64,000 bases of DNA from Tubiluchus corallicola (Eukaryota > Animalia > Priapulida). The stretch is from contig JAQGDQ010002396.1 of NCBI GenBank assembly GCA_030141605.1, positions 1-64,000 on the forward strand. Direction: 5' to 3'. Below are positions 61,657 to 64,000 of this stretch, one piece after another. The position numbers were made by a program, and so were the translations under genes. Positions within the stretch are counted from its first letter, which is position 1, and each line of letters opens with the position of its first letter. The notes beneath the pieces are model-generated. The model made no database searches. It was not told the origin of the DNA and worked only from the letters and a program-made list of their open reading frames with translations.

Positions 61657-62505
61657 ATGGTAAAGCATAGCGAAACACTCACCTATAAAAAAAGAGCTTC
61701 ACCTGGGAAAGTCATTCTTTGGACAATTTTGTTTCTTGGGGGCGTTCTTATGGTTACGCCTTTGATCTACATGTTTTCAGGTTCCTTTAAATATTCTTAT
61801 GAACTTTATGGGCTGAATGTTATTCCTGAAGAGATAACATTAGAAAATTACGTCATTATTCTTCAGGACTCTTATTTTTTATCATGGTTTAAAAACTCTT
61901 TGATAACATCGACAATTGTTACTTTGTCGGTTCTTTTTTTTGATAGTCTGGTAGGGTATGTGTTATGTAAGTTTCAGTTTAAAGGTCGTCGGATTGTTTT
62001 TCTTGCGATTTTATCGACATTGATGATTCCGACGGAAATGCTTGTTCTTCCTTGGTATAACATGGCTGTTATGTTTGGCTGGACAGATACTTATTGGGGA
62101 ATTATGTTCCCTGGTCTTATTACGGGATTTGGTGTTTTTTTAATACGGCAATTTTTTCAGTCTGTTCCTGACGATTTTATTGAAGCCGCTCGTATTGATG
62201 GGCTGGGGGAGTTTCGAATCTGGTGGTCTATTGCTATGCCGATGATTACGCCGGCTCTTTCGGCTCTGGCTATTTTTACATTTTTAGGAAATTGGTCAGC
62301 TTTTTTATGGCCTTTAATTGTAACATCCGATATAGAGCTTTTTACAATTCCTGTTGGCATCGCCTCTATCAATGGAGAATTTCTGGCGCAATGGGAAGTC
62401 ATGATGGCAGGGGCTGCGCTGGCGACGTTCCCAAGCTTGATTGTCTTTATTATTTTTCAAAAATATATTGTTCGGGGCGTGATGCTCTCTGGGTTAAAAG
62501 GATAG
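61657..62505 (+). CDS. Carbohydrate ABC transporter permease (MalG/UgpE-like)
   Basis: EAA loop IEAARIDG, FLWPL, C-terminal SGLKG. Confidence 0.95.
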   Translation: MVKHSETLTYKKRASPGKVILWTILFLGGVLMVTPLIYMFSGSFKYSYELYGLNVIPEEITLENYVIILQDSYFLSWFKNSLITSTIVTLSVLFFDSLVGYVLCKFQFKGRRIVFLAILSTLMIPTEMLVLPWYNMAVMFGWTDTYWGIMFPGLITGFGVFLIRQFFQSVPDDFIEAARIDGLGEFRIWWSIAMPMITPALSALAIFTFLGNWSAFLWPLIVTSDIELFTIPVGIASINGEFLAQWEVMMAGAALATFPSLIVFIIFQKYIVRGVMLSGLKG

Positions 62506-62509
62506 TATA

Positions 62510-64000
62510 ATGCCTACAGTAGAAAATGATCCTAAAAATCTCCACTCTTTTCCGGCGGAGTCCTTTAAATCTTATGTGTTGGCGCCTTTATTTGATTTAT
62601 CAAAAGGCAATTTTTTTAACTCTATGCGGGCTATTCACGAAGCGCATGCTCTTATGCTTCAAGAGCAGGAAATTCTCTCACGGAAAGAAGCCGCACGTCT
62701 TTTGCGAGCTCTTGATGAAATCGCTCTTTCTGACACGATTACACAGCAAGTGTATACAGGGGAGCAAGAAGATTTTTTCTTTTTTATTGAGCATCTCATG
62801 GAGCAGAAGCTCGGCGGTGATCTCGCTGGAAAGCTTCATACAGGAAGAAGCCGTAACGATATTGATCAAACGCTTTTTCGGATGGAAATGATAAGCGCCT
62901 TATCGCCGTTTATTGAAGCGTTGTTCAATCTGATTGATCATATTCTTCAAAAGGCGCGTCAAAATACCCATACGCTTGTTCTTCTTCATACGCATGGGCA
63001 GCCGGCGCAGCCTTCGACTTATGCGCATTATTTACTTGCTGTAAGCGAGTGTCTTTTACGTCATATGAAAAAAATAAGTTATGCTTTTGACGATGTTGAC
63101 TGTTGTCCAATGGGCGCTGCTGCGATTACTACAACGGGATTTCCTCTTCATCGTAAAAGGGTGGCGCAACTTCTTGGTTTTAGAGATATACAGGAAAATT
63201 CTTATGGGTGTATAGCCTCCTGTGATTGGGCGACGGGCGTTTATGCGGCACTTTCTATTTTATTTATTGATTTCAGCCGTTTTATTCAGACATTTACTCA
63301 TTGGACAAGCTTTGAGTTTGCGCAGTTGGATGTTCCTGACGGCCTTGTGCAAACCAGCTCGATTATGCCTCAGAAGCGCAATCCTGTTCTTTTAGAGCAT
63401 ATGAGATTACAGGCTTCCATGGCATTGGGGACTTGTCAAAAAACCATTCAGACAATGCATAATACATCTTTTACCGATATGAATGACAATGAGGCGGAAG
63501 TTCATTTTGAGGGGTATAAAACCTTTCTTTTAGGGGAAAGGCTTTCTAGGCTGATGGCGGATTTTATTGAAGGGTCTGAGATTAACGGGAAGCAAGTTCA
63601 GAAATGGATTGATAAAAGCTGTGCGACTATTACAGAGTTGGCTGATACGCTTGTTCGGGAGGAAAATATATCCTTTCGCCAAGCGCACCATGTCGCTTCT
63701 AAAGTCGCGCAGAGCGCGGTTCAAAATCATCATTCTCTTTCTCAATTTTCTCCGGATCATCTTTCAGCGATTTACCGGGAGATTCGGGGTATTTCTTTGA
63801 AATCATCGCCGGATAAGCTGATAAAGGCGCTGGATCCGGCTTATTTTGTTTCACGCAGAACATTGCCAGGAGGGCCGGCTCAATCTGCTGTTAACAGTGC
63901 GCTTTCTCAACAAAAGGAGCGGCTGGAAACCCTATATAAATGGCAAAAAGAATGGAAAGAACGCTATAAAGGCGCGAAAATATTACGACAGCAAGCAAAA
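62510..64000 (+). CDS. Argininosuccinate-lyase-like C-N/C-O lyase (aspartase/fumarase superfamily), 3' end runs off the window
   Basis: Not in the ORF track. Hand-translated segments from ATG 62510 share one frame, which is still open at base 64000: AHALMLQEQ, LHTGRSRNDID, HTHGQPAQP, VQTSSIMPQKRNP. Confidence 0.9.
   Translation, partial: MPTVENDPKNLHSFPAESFKSYVLAPLFDLSKGNFFNSMRAIHEAHALMLQEQEILSRKEAARLLRALDEIALSDTITQQVYTGEQEDFFFFIEHLMEQKLGGDLAGKLHTGRSRNDIDQTLFRMEMISALSPFIEALFNLIDHILQKARQNTHTLVLLHTHGQPAQPSTYAHYLLAVSECLLRHMKKISYAFDDVDCCPMGAAAITTTGFPLHRKRVAQLLGFRDIQENSYGCIASCDWATGVYAALSILFIDFSRFIQTFTHWTSFEFAQLDVPDGLVQTSSIMPQKRNPVLLEHMRLQASMALGTCQKTIQTMHNTSFTDMNDNEAEVHFEGYKTFLLGERLSRLMADFIEGSEINGKQVQKWIDKSCATITELADTLVREENISFRQAHHVASKVAQSAVQNHHSLSQFSPDHLSAIYREIRGISLKSSPDKLIKALDPAYFVSRRTLPGGPAQSAVNSALSQQKERLETLYKWQKEWKERYKGAKILRQQAK

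Noticed and set aside
62526-63800. Track ORFs 62526-62891, 62678-62869, 62925-63110, 63530-63760 and 63567-63800
   Set aside because: Alternative-frame or antisense shadows of the ArgH-like gene starting at 62510.

Overview
Chromosomal segment of an AT-rich alphaproteobacterium, inferred from the hemE-hemH-hemJ, fabD-fabG-acpP-fabF-mltG-gmk and yfgM-bamB-der blocks and a large NAD-GDH. It is mostly housekeeping genes (glmS/glmU, priA, leuA, mreB, rpsD, radA, glnE, purB, aspartate aminotransferase, bioB) plus one tRNA-Glu(CTC). The probable replication origin lies next to hemE at 49863-50250, with DnaA boxes, DnaA-trio-like repeats, an AT-rich tract and a flip in gene orientation. Accessory catabolic loci sit at both ends. 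Left: an RspR-like GntR regulator, a NagB-fold enzyme, a TRAP transporter and a lipoprotein pair at the glmS 3' end. Right: a secreted CBM32-PL14 polysaccharide lyase, then an operon of a large PIG-L deacetylase, a sugar ABC transporter and an argininosuccinate-lyase paralog; this is the best candidate for an undescribed pathway. Two real genes missing from the ORF track run off the window edges (SulP at left, the ArgH-like lyase at right) and were translated by hand. Smaller signals include a Leu-containing leader peptide with a hairpin before leuA, a triplicated start region of mltG, an orphan mreB, and an orphan PdxA with a His-to-Tyr change. No CRISPR array, integrase, transposase or rRNA was seen. 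All calls come from motif recognition; no database searches were run.
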